Below, piece after piece: positions 12,841 through 24,867 of a stretch of 64,000 nt of DNA. The stretch's first letter is position 1, and each line of letters opens with the position of its first letter. A model generated the notes under the pieces. That model was not told the DNA's origin, made no database searches, and worked only from the letters and a program-made list of their open reading frames with translations. The position numbers and the translations under genes are program-made. The stretch lies in the NCBI RefSeq assembly GCF_000143415.4, contig NW_003314268.1, forward strand, positions 1,069,247 to 1,133,246, read 5' to 3'. The DNA is from Selaginella moellendorffii (taxonomy: Eukaryota; Plantae; Lycopodiophyta).

Positions 12841-12914
12841 GTCTGGGTGGTGTAGTTGGTTATCACGCTAGTCTCACACACTAGAGGTCTCCGGTTCGAA
12901 CCCGGACCCAGACA
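12841..12914 (+). tRNA. tRNA-Val(CAC)
   Basis: Acceptor gtctggg/cccagac, anticodon arm ctagt-ctcacac-actag, T-arm tccgg-ttcgaac-ccgga, A and B boxes, downstream T-run. Confidence 0.96.
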
Positions 12915-13072
12915 TGCAGTTCTTTTCGAGAATGTCAGACCTTTTTGTTGCATTCCTAGTCTACGACGGACTTTCTAGCAAGCCAAAGAGATCAGTAGAC
13001 CTCTCTCTTCCGATCTCTCAATGGGGCCAAGTTGTGTAAGAGTTCCACTTCTGGTTTCTTGAGCTTTTTCTC

Positions 13073-14176
13073 ATGATCACGTCCCGAGCCCATGCAGACA
13101 TTGTCCTGGTTGGAGAGAACAGTGCACACGACACCGACGGCGGCAAACGCTTCGACTCGGATCTCGGTGGCCTTCAAAGTTCTGGGCGATGCAATCAACT
13201 TCATCCCGTATATCAAAGGGGTGATATACGTTTGGCAGTTTTTGGGCAAGGAACTCCCAGTGAAGTGACGGAAGGAGTGCGAGCACTGGTCTCGAGTTGA
13301 CCAATCCTTGCAGCCGACTTCTCAAGCTCGGAGGTAACTTCATTTCTCGTTTCTTTGGCGTGCTTAGAATAGTTTGTTCGTGTTCTCTTCTCAGGTAAAC
13401 CCAGGTCTAGTCGTCTTAGAGTTCGCTTCAGCAGATACCAGACTAAACGCAGGCAAACAGCAGCCGTTTTTCAGTTAATCTCCTTGCCATCGTCGTCCTT
13501 CTTGACTCCCTTGCAGCAACCTGACACCGAGTTCTTTCCTGATACTTTCACCCGAGCAGCTGTACGAGCATTCCTGGACACCCCTGACCCGTTTTCAAAG
13601 TCTCCGTCAACTAGAGAGCTCTACCAGATGACATAACGTCCAGCGTAGTCTGTCTTATAGTCTCTGCAGCCTCTCTGTGAATCCGCTAGCAGCTTCAGCT
13701 AGATCATATTCTCGCTATCACCATCTCGTTGCAGTCGTTCCCAACATTATACCGCAGCAGTAGCTCCTGTCTCATCTCTGTCGACTGGAAAGCTGATAAA
13801 ATAGAAACCTCCTTGTTCCAGACACTGTAGAGTGTAGTCCCGCTTATAGTCTTTGCAGTAAGGTGAACACCAGCCTCAGGCTTGACTAGAGAGCTTGGAT
13901 CAGAGTTCGCAAGCTGCATCGGCTGATTATGTCAGGCTCAAAGCCGGACTTACACTGTCTCACTGGGTGGAACCTGGAGGTGGTGAGACTTGGGATCAAG
14001 GCTACGACGTGACTGCTTATTTCTTGGACTACTGCAATGGCATTCAGGGTGATTTTTTGTGGCAGATGAATGCAAGGCTTGCAAATGGTGTGTGGAGTGA
14101 GTCTGTGTTCTTTGATCTCCTCGGAAAGAGCGTTCAGGACTTGTGGACTGACGATAAGAACGCTTTCAAGTTTTAG
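13073..14176 (+). pseudogene. PR-17/basic secretory protein (BSP) pseudogene, centre replaced by about 700 bp of non-coding DNA
   Basis: N-part ENSAHDTDGGKRFDSDLGG and C-part ADYVRLKAG..HWVEPGGG.TWDQGYDVTAYFLDYC...FFDLLGKSVQDLW. The HExxH-containing middle is absent. Confidence 0.8.
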
Positions 14177-14275
14177 TCTATTTTGAAGACAAACTGTTGG
14201 CCAATTGGCGACAATTTAATGGTAAATGTCATTTTTTATATAATGCCTTGCCTACACGATTTTTTCCTTACAAAC

Positions 14276-14650
14276 ATGACTGTATTATATATCTTGATTT
14301 TAGTTTTGTGTTTGCCAAATGCATCATCGTCTAGTATTTGTCCTGATAATGAGGTGTTAGGCAAGGTAAGATATAATACAGCTGTAGCTTCTCCAGATCA
14401 AGGTTTTCATATTCCCCTGCATGAAGCCTTTGACGAACTTCTTCCACTTCACAACCACGAAGTAAAGAAACAAATTGGCTCTATGTATGCTACCTCACAG
14501 TGCTCAGAGGAGCTTGATATTGATGCATGTGCCTTTTGCTTATCTAATATTGCAGCCTCGATGGAAATGATTAATCCAGTTCCTCTTGGAGCAAGCTCTT
14601 GTTCTGCAGGGGGTGAATGTTATCTCCGCTATGAGACATATAAATTTTAA
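14276..14650 (+). CDS. Secreted single-domain DUF26/Gnk2 (ginkbilobin-2-like) protein
   Basis: Hydrophobic signal MTVLYILILVLCL, C-X8-C-X2-C (CSEELDIDACAFC), terminal CYLRYETYKF. Intronless, 124 aa. Confidence 0.85.
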   Translation: MTVLYILILVLCLPNASSSSICPDNEVLGKVRYNTAVASPDQGFHIPLHEAFDELLPLHNHEVKKQIGSMYATSQCSEELDIDACAFCLSNIAASMEMINPVPLGASSCSAGGECYLRYETYKF

Positions 14651-14795
14651 ATTCCAAACTTGAAATGATCATTCAAAAATACTAAGAGATAATGCTGTCT
14701 TTGATTACTAACTAGTAAAATAAAAAATAATGAGTGATTAGATTTTAAACAAATCCTAAAAGAAAATGGCATTCATGCCCTAGCCTTGTAGCGCC

Positions 14796-16656
14796 ATGGA
14801 GGCTCTCGTCGCATCGATCGGAGCTTCTTCATCTCAGTCTCCCTCTTGTCACGACAAGAAATCGGCCAGGTATGTCCCCGCGGCAATGCAGCCCTCGAGG
14901 AATCGAGCATCGCCGCTCCCTAGGCTGGCAGCAGCTCGTCGCGATGATCAAACAGCTACCGCCGCCAGGATTACGAGCGAGCAAGGATCTGCCGCTCCCG
15001 CCAAGGAATTCCGGGGGATCCTCGCCTCTCCTGGGCTGCATTTGGGCCCGGCATGCCACGACGCGCTCAGCGCCAAGCTCGTCCAAAACGCGGGCTTCAA
15101 ATTCACGTTTATGAGCGGTACGCGTGTTTGTTCTTCGTGTTCTTCTTCTTACACAGCACTCTTAGTTTTTTTTCTCTACTTCGTCCAGGCTTTGGCGTGT
15201 CTGCCTCTAGACTAGCTTGTCCAGACACTGGGCTTATTTCTTATGGAGAGATGGTCGATCAAGGAAGGAACATCACGGCGGCCGTGTCCATCCCCGTCAT
15301 AGGAGATGGCGACGCTGGCTATGGAAATGCCATGAACGTTAAGAGGACTGTAAAGGGGTACATACAAGCTGGTTTCGCAGGAATTCTTCTGGAAGATCAG
15401 GTAACAAGAGTTTTTTCTTCTGTTTCGCTAGCACAGTCAGTGGTTTTGAACTACTGTTTAACAGATATTGCCCAAGGCCTGCGGTCACACAACTGGAAGG
15501 GAAGTTGTGTCGAGGCAGGAGGCGATTGCGCGAGTCAAAGCTGCGGTCGATGCTCGAGAAGAGTCAGGAGAGGATTTAGTGATAGTTGCAAGGTCTGATG
15601 CTCGACAGGCGGTTTCTTTGGAGGAAGCGCTGTGGCGAGCGGAGGCATTTGCCGATGCGGGAGCTGACGTGCTTTTCATCGACGCTTTGATGTCGAAAGA
15701 GGAGATGCGGAAGTTTTGTGGCCGTGTTCCAGCCGTGCCGAAGCTGGTAAGCTTTTTCGTTTCGTCCATTTTTGTCAATGTTGTATTGTTTGTTTTGTTC
15801 GAGTTTCAGGCTAACATGCTCGAGGGAGGAGGGAAAACACCGCTGTTGGCACCGATCGAGATTGAAGAAATCGGGTATAAGATTGTAGCCTATCCACTGT
15901 CCTTACTTGGGGTCTCAATTCGCGCAATGCAGGTTGGTGTGATGGTTTTCCTTTCCTTTCTTCTCGTTTGATTGCCATGGAAAACAGGATGCTTTGGTAG
16001 CTCTTAAAAGTGGACGATTTCCCAACAAAGTTCCTGCGTTTGACGAAGTGAAAGACGTGGTGGGATTCAATCGCTATTACGATGAGGAGAAGCGCTACTT
16101 TGGTAAGGGGTGTTGGTGTGCAGTACTTTCATCCCTTGTCTATAATCATAATTGTTGCAGGTACCAGCAAAAGCAGCAGAACATCTGAAACCGCAAATAA
16201 CTCCAGCACGAAAGAAGAAACACCATTCGACGATAAGCAAAGTTCGACTGTGCAAGTTATCACTCCAGAAGTTTTAGAAGAAGATTCTGATTCTGACTGG
16301 GCAAAGAAAAGCAGCAATCTGCTTGGAATTTGGTCGCGTGTTCTACGAGTTAAAATAACAGGGAGCAGTGGAATAGTGAAGCTCGATGTCAGAATTCCTG
16401 TGAGTGATATTACTTTTCACCGATTGCAAAACTTACGTTCCGTTCTGCAGGCTGGATTTCTCGATGGTCTGGCTAAAACAATACCTGGTACTAAGATTTT
16501 TAATTGGGTAACCATTACATTGCCTGCTTCTTTGCAGGTGTTGCTGGGATAAATTTCAAGGAGATACTCGATAACGCGTCGTCTCCCACCAGCGGCCAGC
16601 AGCTCCTTGATATTGAGGATAAGCAAGGGGATCGGATCCAAATATTTTTCGAGTGA
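14796..16656 (+). CDS. Isocitrate lyase/PEP mutase superfamily enzyme with transit peptide and C-terminal extension
   Basis: ACHDALSAKL, FMSGFGVSA, PVIGDGDAGYGNAMNV, LEDQ..PKACGHT, ARSDARQA, ANMLEGGGKTP, LDVRIPAGFL, GDRIQIFFE*. Confidence 0.92.
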
Positions 16657-17034
16657 GACGTTTGGCGATCTCAGTAGCAAAGTGCACAGCAGGCTGCATG
16701 CAGTGCGCAACATGACTTACTTTATCGCATTGCCACTAAAAGGTACATAGAATTATTCTTTCTCCAAATTGATTAAGAGTTCTACTGCGACAGGAAATTA
16801 TAAAAATGTTTCGAGGACCCGAAATGAAGGACTGCTGTTGAGCGGCAGAGTTTACTGTACGACTTCTTTGTTTCGCTTTCCTCTTTCACATTTCTCTTCA
16901 TTTCTCTCTATGAGATGGGCATAAGCAGCGAAGAGAATAAGTAGTGATCTGGCTTGTGTTTGCATTCAGTCATTTAGATTAGTTATCACATAGTTTTTTT
17001 CATACAAGGTCATAACCCGATAAGGTTGCAGAGT

Positions 17035-18447
17035 ATGTGGGCGTTGCTTAAGATTCATTCTGGAGTGTTTTCTCCTGTAAGAATTTTCTACGCTGGTGCT
17101 TCCAGGGCAGTCAGACGCCACGCACAACCAGGTAAACTCAAATTTGAATGATCTCTGCGGCTGAGGTTTGATGGTATTTTTGCAGCGTCTGCAGTACTGA
17201 TTGATCCATTGGTTTCAAGTGCTTGGCTAGAGAAAAACTTGTACAACGTGTCTATTCTGGATGTCCGAGGTCAGCATTACCCTGCATCTCACTGCGTGAC
17301 TTTGTTGGTCCCTAGGAATTGTTGACACAAAGACACTGTCTAAGGGAGTGGAAAAGTCGGACTACATCGCCTGCTACGACGATTATCTCTCAGGCCACAT
17401 TCCCGGAGCAGTGTTTTTCAATTGGGTAAATTTTTCGTTTTTGTTATTGATGTTTTCCTTTTCTAACTCGGTATCTATTTTGCCGAACCAGCTTACAGAT
17501 GGAATCGACATAAGCCAATCCGAAGTGTCTTGTAGACAACTAACAAATGACACTGCTAAGTTCTCCGCGGTGGTATGTATTAATATACTTGGAATTCCAC
17601 ATTTATAGGCAGTTCTTTTCAGGTAGAAGCCAAAGGAGTGTCATCTGAAAAGCCAGTAGTCGTTTACGATGATTGCGATTGCCTTTTGGCTTGCTGGTTA
17701 TGGTGGTCTCTTGTAAGACACGGCCACGAGCGTGTGCATGTCCTCGACGGAGGATACAAAAAGGCTCTGAATGTTATATTTTCTTTGTACTTCCTTGGAG
17801 TAACTCTATGTTGTACAGTGGACGGCAGAGGGAAGAGCAACTGAACTCTACGAGCCTTGTCCTCTGAAGGTTAATATTGTTCATTCCAGCTACTATAACT
17901 TATCGATGTTATGGCAGATTTATGGAGATTTCAAGCCATCAAATCCAAGGCCTTTCACTTCAGTCACTTGTGATGAGATTCTTGAGCTCTTGTCGACAAA
18001 AGACCAGAGTATAGCATTTGTGGACGCTCGAAACTTAGAACAGTACTCGGGACATGTTAGGAGATCCAAGCGTGCCGGAAGAATTCCAGGTGCCATCAGC
18101 ATTCCAAGAAAGGTGCGTCGATGCATTCTTTTGCGTGTAATATATTCAGCAAGGTCTTCACCAGAGCTTGATTACTACCAATGGGATCTTTAAGACAATA
18201 GACGAATTGCGAGAAGTGTTCCTTAATGCTGGACTCAACCCGGAGCAGCAAAAGAGACTAGTAAGTAGAATCAAAATGGAAATGCTCTACCTATTAACTT
18301 TCTCTAGCTCAGATTTTCTACTGCAATGGAGGAGTAGCATCTTGCAGCGTCTTACTATCATGGCACCGGATTGGTGGCAAGCTCTGGTCAAATTACAGTG
18401 GCAGCTGGAACGAATGGGGTAACAGAGAGGACGTTCCTGTTGAGTAA
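17035..18447 (+). CDS. Two-domain rhodanese/sulfurtransferase with putative organellar presequence
   Basis: LVSSAWL, Y.SGHIPGAVF, VVVYDD, VHVLDGGY, FVDAR, GRIPGA, active-site loop FYCNGGVAS, NYSGSWNEWG. Exon 1 (MWALLKIHSG...RAVRRHAQ) splices in frame. Confidence 0.88.
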
Positions 18448-19199
18448 GTAGTATCGAATTAATTTGGACAACTTGCTTTTGCGTAACTCAGCTGATTTCT
18501 GTTCAGGTCATAGATCACCATGTAGACAAGCAACCAACATGCATGCTCGTTCCAAGGATGCCCAAGTCCGCGTTTGGGCCATCAGGTTCTTTAATCTTAA
18601 CACAAGTGTGAGCACCGAAAAGGTAGCTCACTTGAAACGGGGTGCGAGCGGCACCGAAGTAAAATGAGCAAAGGAAGGCTTTTCAGCGACTGCGCTTCGT
18701 TGTAGTGGTAACACAGGGGACGGTCCAAAGCTTTGGAAGCCTGCGTTAGCGCTCTATCAAACGCGATTTGCACACTGGTGAGGAGGTCTTCCAGCTTCTT
18801 GGCTGGAAGAAGCACCGGAATCGAAGATAAGTCGAACTGATGCTGAGATGAAGTCGCTCAAGCAAGTGGAATGGATTTTTCACAGGCATGCCGGTTGGAA
18901 GGGCAAGCTTGAAGAGTATAGATGGGCTCTGGATTTCTACAGTGGAGGGAAATTCAATACAAAGTGAAAATGGATTGTTCATTCCTTGGCCAGAAGAACA
19001 TGGAGAGGATGTAATAAAAGCAGTACAAACTTTTCTCATTCTATACCATTAACCAGGAATTAGTCTAGATGATCCAAAATTTATATTGCCTGTTGAAGAT
19101 GCCTAGAAGAGCTCTTGGAAAATCTAGATGTTGCTTTCAAGATTGTTATGGCTGTAAATAGTTGGTAGACTAGACTCATTGTGGCTATTGGGTTAGTAA

Positions 19200-22130
19200 A
19201 AAATAAAACTCAAAAATAAATAAAACTAATACAACATTGAATTGATCTTTATGATAATATAAGTTTAATAATATTATTTAGTAACTTCAAGTATGACATT
19301 TAAGGAGTGATTAAGCAGTGCTAGAATCTCTAACTTCTGTCTAGAAACTTCTACACGAAAAATATTTCTTTATAAAGTTTTTTGCTATTATTATTGATCA
19401 AATCAACAGTTAAAGAAAAATTATAAGAAAAATTGTTATTTAAACAGAAAGGAAAATGTAATTCTATTATTTCCAGTGTGTAAGTATTATAATTATTTGT
19501 GTCCCAGATTTTAAAGATTTCACTACAATGCTAAAATCAATATATTAAAATTTACAGCTATAAACTATACAATTCACTTTAAATCTATTTAAAAGAGGTA
19601 TATATGGGATTCATGGTTGAGATAAGATTATCAATCCAGGGTATTAAATTATAAAGTTTTATGTTAAATTTTGTGAGTTTGGCAAGTTTTCATAGTAATT
19701 ATTGATAATAGTAAATATTATAAATGAATTTATGTTCCAAGTAGCATATTATATAGAAGATACTTTCATCCATTTTAGTGAGTTTTATGGTTGTAACCCT
19801 TCTCTACCATGATTGTTCTTTTTCTCGGTGCTACAATTGTAAATCTATAATGAGAAGGTATCTTTTGACATAAAATAGTTATATGATGGACAAGTGAAAA
19901 ATTCATGTTTAAATTAAGATGGTGAAAAAATTAAGAATTCACACCTAAGTTATAAAAGGCATGCAAAATCCTTAACTTAACATTGTTTTTGCACTTAAAG
20001 TTAGGAATATTAATGTAAGACTAAAATCCCTAAGTGGTAAAATAGAGCTAAAGGTGTGTCATGTGCTAAAGCAAAGTTTAATAAATGTAACACATTTGGA
20101 CCAAAAACTCTAACTCAAAAAGTTAAGAATGTGAATAGAATTCCTAAAAAAGGGTTTGAGAAACAAGCATCAAGTAATTAATGAATGAGTCTCTAGAAAA
20201 GGAAAAAAAGAAGAAGAAGGATTGACATATGGCAAATGTTATAATATGTAGAAGTGTTGAGATTGAGTCTAGGATTAAGTCCAAGATCAAATCTAACATT
20301 AAGTCTAAAATTAAGTTCAAAATTAAAATTGAGATTGAGACCAAAACTAAGACTAAAATTGAGACCAAATCCAATAGGTGAAAGCCCAAAGTAATCATCT
20401 CCTAGACTTTAGAGGATTTAGTGAGTCCTTACAAAATAGTAGGAGGAGGACTACAAGAAAATTAGTGTGGGCCAAAAAAGCTAGTGTAACAAAAGGATAT
20501 ACTCATGTGGTGGATGATAATATAAACATTAGGGAGTTTAAGATTATAATAAATATGGATAAACAAAAAATGTGACTTGGTGAAGTATTTAAAAGTTAGT
20601 TTTAGATCCTTTAAGAAATCGAATGGTCAATATTTCCAATTTAAGTATAGGCTGCACTACTTACTTAAATATTTTGTGTGGTTCATTAGAACCTTGATTT
20701 AGCTATATAGTTGGGGCTAGAGTACTTAGACAATTTATGTTTAGCCATAGTATTTTGAAATGTCATTATAAAGTCCTTAACAATAAAAAGGAAGAGGAGT
20801 GACATTTTTTCTTAATAACTAAAAGTATAGTTACATTGTGTAATAAGTTTTAAAGATTAGTAGGACTTAGTGGTCATGATGTTAGCGAGTACTACTATGG
20901 ATTAAGGATTTAGTGGGGATTGAATAAAGGATATTGGAGAATGTTATTCCTTATGTTTTGGGGCATTTTAAGGATGTTAATAATTAGTCATAGTATAATC
21001 ATTCATGAATGAAATATTTAGTCTTGAAGAAATGGGATTGTGGCATATAGTTTTTTACTATCAATAAAATAGTCAAAATTAAAATAACCTTGAGATCACT
21101 TATAAGAGTTAGTAAGTAACCCAAATTGGGATGAAAATCTATAGAGATTATGAGTGGAACTCTTTCAAGTAATTTAAAGTGTGGTTAATTGAATAAAGTA
21201 GAATAGAAAATTTAGTCAATTATAATTAACAAAAAAGTCATCCTACTATTGCAAGAATTAGATCTTGGGTTTATTTATAAATATGACATCATGCCTCTTA
21301 AGTTGGGAAGATGGTCTAGAAACATAGTAATAATCTCTTCAGGAATATTATGGTTTTTGAACGTTGTAAATTTATCTATTAGAAATAATTGTAAAGAATT
21401 TTAAATATAATTAAACTCATATATATATGTTTGTAAATAAATTGTCTAAAATCTAATTGACATTTTCTTATGCCTTTAAAATCCATATGAATGACTATGA
21501 GAGTGTTGTATGCCACGGCTAAAGGCTATGGCATTTTCACCACCACTTTATTATTGTGTTTTAGAATTACAAAATAAAAGCTACACTATAATGCAATTAA
21601 TTTGGATGAGGTGTTGTTTTCTTTTTGACAAACTAAGTATGAAAAAGCCCAAATGTGTTAGATTCCATATTGTAGTTATCAATAATTAGCTGTTGTGCAA
21701 TGCAATAATACCATGTAATAATTTCCTCTAAATGTCTCTTTTTGAAAAGAAAAGAAAATTCAAAATTAATATCCATTATAAAGATCCTTACACATACTGT
21801 TTAGTATCTCCGAATTTAAATTATTTCCAAGTTCTATATAAACATTGCATCAATAAGTAACAAGAGTTAGTGGGGAAAACAAAAAAAGAATAGAATGTAC
21901 TAACATTTAAATGAATTGAGGAGACAATGGTATAATAACGTGATAAAAGAATATAATTGTAATGAATCTAAAAATATATTATAACTTTTATAGAAATTAC
22001 TTTCTGAATTAGTTTTGTGATGTCATCACATATATTTCATAATAAAACTTGTAGAAATTTACTTTTTGCTAAAAATAGTTAAGTTTCATGAATAATTTTT
22101 TTTCATAACTTTTTATCACTCTTTTATACA
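19200..22130. mobile_element. AT-rich decayed retroelement/repeat block
   Basis: No credible ORFs. Decayed 6/12-bp array at 20260-20372 is the reverse complement of the 478-716 type. Faint integrase-like remnant near 21030-21170. Confidence 0.45.
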
Positions 22131-22212
22131 AAGCTCGAGCTAAGCAACCACGAGCAGCGCTTGAAAAGTCTGCCATCATTGGTTACTCAGGCTGGATCAT
22201 GCAAGACCTACG

Positions 22213-22805
22213 GAATGGTGGTAGAGCACCTCTGCGCAAGGAATACGCTCCTGCCGCCGCAGGACGCTGTGCTCGAGGGGAGGATGACGGTTGCGCTGGC
22301 TCTGGACAACACACTCGTCTCCTCCACGTCAATTCTGCTGCACCGTCGGAGCCAGTGTGATTTCGAGGTGAGAGATAATGGCAGTCGCAAGTGCATCAAG
22401 AAGCGAGCGCATCTCGACGAGTTTCTGGACGCCCTGGCGCTGTTTGCCGAGGTTGTGCTCTTCAGCTCGGCCCCCTACGCAGCTCGATCCTCGCGGGACT
22501 CGCTTCCGATACGTTCTTGGTCTGAGTGATTGCACGCTGTGGCACGACACCCGCTCGGCAAGGAGGCGCTGTTCAAGGATCTGGCCATCCTCGGCAGGGA
22601 CTTGCGCAAGGTTGTGCTGGTGGACGACGACCCTGGCTTCTTTTGCCAACCTGGGAGTGGCAACGAGATTGTGATTGGGAAGTTCACTGGGCAGAGGAGC
22701 GACGACGAGCTTCTCAAGCTACTTCCTGTGTTGCAGTCTCTGGCACAGCTCGACGACGTGAGGCCTGCTGTGCGCACTTATCAGCAGCCTCAAGCACAAG
22801 GTAAT
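22213..22805 (+). pseudogene. FCP1/SCP-type (NIF, HAD) CTD small phosphatase-like pseudogene, intronless
   Basis: LLPP..RMTVALALDNTLV (DLDET motif degraded), KRAHLDEFL, LDPRG.RFRY, FKDLAILGRDLRKVVLVDD, DDELLKLLPVL, DDVRP. Spread over three frames. Confidence 0.85.
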
Positions 22806-23039
22806 AATAGTTCACTTGTTCTCGATCTAAAAGCTTCAATGGTGTTGGTTTTCTACGTAGTTGTGAGAGGTCAAGGCCTGAAGAGACGTGGCGAATGGCT
22901 ATAGAGGACAAGTATTCGAGGAAGTTGTTTTCATGTTAAGGTTTGGTGAAGTTGACGATTAGCCAGAACTAAGACTTGTATTCGTTTATAAGTTGACTCA
23001 AAGCAACGTGGGGTTTCTTATTTGATCCATTTGATGCAG

Positions 23040-23250
23040 AAGGAAACAAACCCGGAAGCGGGTATATCCAAACGCTGGCAGCAAGAGACATCATGACCAT
23101 CGTCGCGTGTGAAGGGCTAGTGGACACGTATCACATCTGGGATGCTCGGGTGAAGCGAGCAGGCTTCGAAGGGGTGGCAGTGACGGAGGAGATTTACGAG
23201 AAAGTGAGTGGCGCCTGCACGAGCAGGAACAAAGAAGTTAAAGAAAGAAT
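23040..23250 (+). pseudogene. GRAS C-terminal (SAW) fragment
   Basis: LAARDIMTIVACEG...TYHIWDARVKRAGFEGV matches the GRAS I.N.VACEG...W..R..RAGF motif. Confidence 0.75.
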
Positions 23251-23439
23251 GTAGCTGGTTACAGGCACAGGGTGGATGACTGGTGTTTGAAGCGCGCTAG
23301 CTTCTCAATCGGCTTCCAGACGCTCAAAGCATTCAAAACTACGTCTTTCTCGTCCATTCAGCAAGTCAAGTTCTCGCAAATGGCCATGACCATCTCGAGC
23401 GCTTCCGAGCCAGGCGGTCCCAGGTTTTGCACGAGGAGA

Positions 23440-24110
23440 TGCGCTCCACATATCCATGAAGTCAAGCTGCGACTGCTTATGTCAGCGTGCACCACGGACT
23501 GGAACAACATAACAGGCTTGAAGCTGAGGATCTTCTCGAAGAAGAGCTTCCGGGGCTGTCGATGATCCCGTCCTCGCAGACGTGCCACATCCAAAGGATG
23601 ATATCTCGGCTGCGCTGACTCCCATGCCACGGTGGCGATGGAGTGCAACTCGAGGTGCATCCCACACGTAGTCGACCAGCCGGTTTTCTCGAGGTTGACA
23701 CGGGACGGGAAGTTAATGCCGGTGATCTTGAATAGTGGCAGCCCCTCGGCTCTCTCGGACAGCGCCTTGATGAGCGACGGCCACTGATCGCCATAGAGGA
23801 CCCCATAGTCAATTATGTGGACGCGCTTGGCAGGATCATCTGGTTGGTGAAGCGCTCCATGGCCCGGAGGCTGGGAAGGTTCATCCGGATGGAGATACTC
23901 TGCATCCTCGTCACGTCCTGGTGCATCGCAGCGTACATCCGGACAGCCTTCTCCACTAAACGCAACAGAGGTGAGGCTAAAGTTCTGATCTCTCTCACGA
24001 GCTCATGGACTTCGGTAGAATTGTTGGCAGCCACGGCGGGCGCAGTCCATGAGCTTTAAGCTGTGGAAAGAGACGGTGGAGGTGCGGAGGAAGAGAGGCG
24101 GCGTCCATGG
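23440..24110 (-). pseudogene. GRAS transcription factor pseudogene (LISCL/SCL14-like; LHRI-VHIID-LHRII part)
   Basis: FTNQMIL, HIIDYGVLYGDQWPSLIKALSERAEGLPLFKITGINFP, LEKTG, PRKLFFEKILSFKPVMLF. Frameshifts present. Confidence 0.85.
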
Positions 24111-24867
24111 ACGAGGTACTGCTAGCACAAGAATTTGGGGAGAGACAAGGAGACAATTTCCGTGAGCTCGCAGAGCAGTCTTTTGCCATTGCCACCACCA
24201 CTCTTAATTCCAGATTTATTTGATTCAACTGTAGAATTGGGTTGGAAGTTTAAGCAATCAATAAAGAATATTGACTATAAGATTAAAAATAATATGCTAA
24301 GAATATTCTTAAAACTCCCAAACAATATCAAATAAATATATAAGATAACTTTCTTAAAGACCAATAGAAGCACAATGAAGGTTGCCATCTTCTTTCTCCC
24401 TCTCATGTTTGTGAGCACTACTTTGAGAGTGGATATTTGTGAGCGCTACTTTGAGAGTGGATATGGACAAGGATGTGAAAGATGCGATGGCTAAATTGTT
24501 TCTGGCAATTGATATCCTTCCAAAGGACAACTTGATTCATTTAAGGGATTCAAGACTTGATCAAGTTTGAATACAAATGGGCCAAGAGTGCAATTCAAAG
24601 CTAACAGCACAAGAAGTCTTTCAACAGGATTATGACACACACAATACTCCATATTATGGTAGACTTAATCTTGATGATCCAAAATCAAATTTGTCTGATG
24701 AAGATGCAAGACTGATGAGCCTGGAAGAGCCTTGCGAGATCTTGGAAGATGTTGTTTTCAAAATTGTTATGGCTGCAAGAAGTCCAGATGTTATAGAAAC
24801 AGTTGTTGTAGTAAAATAGAAAAAAGTAAAACTAAAACATAGAAACTTTCAAATAAATAAAGAATGA

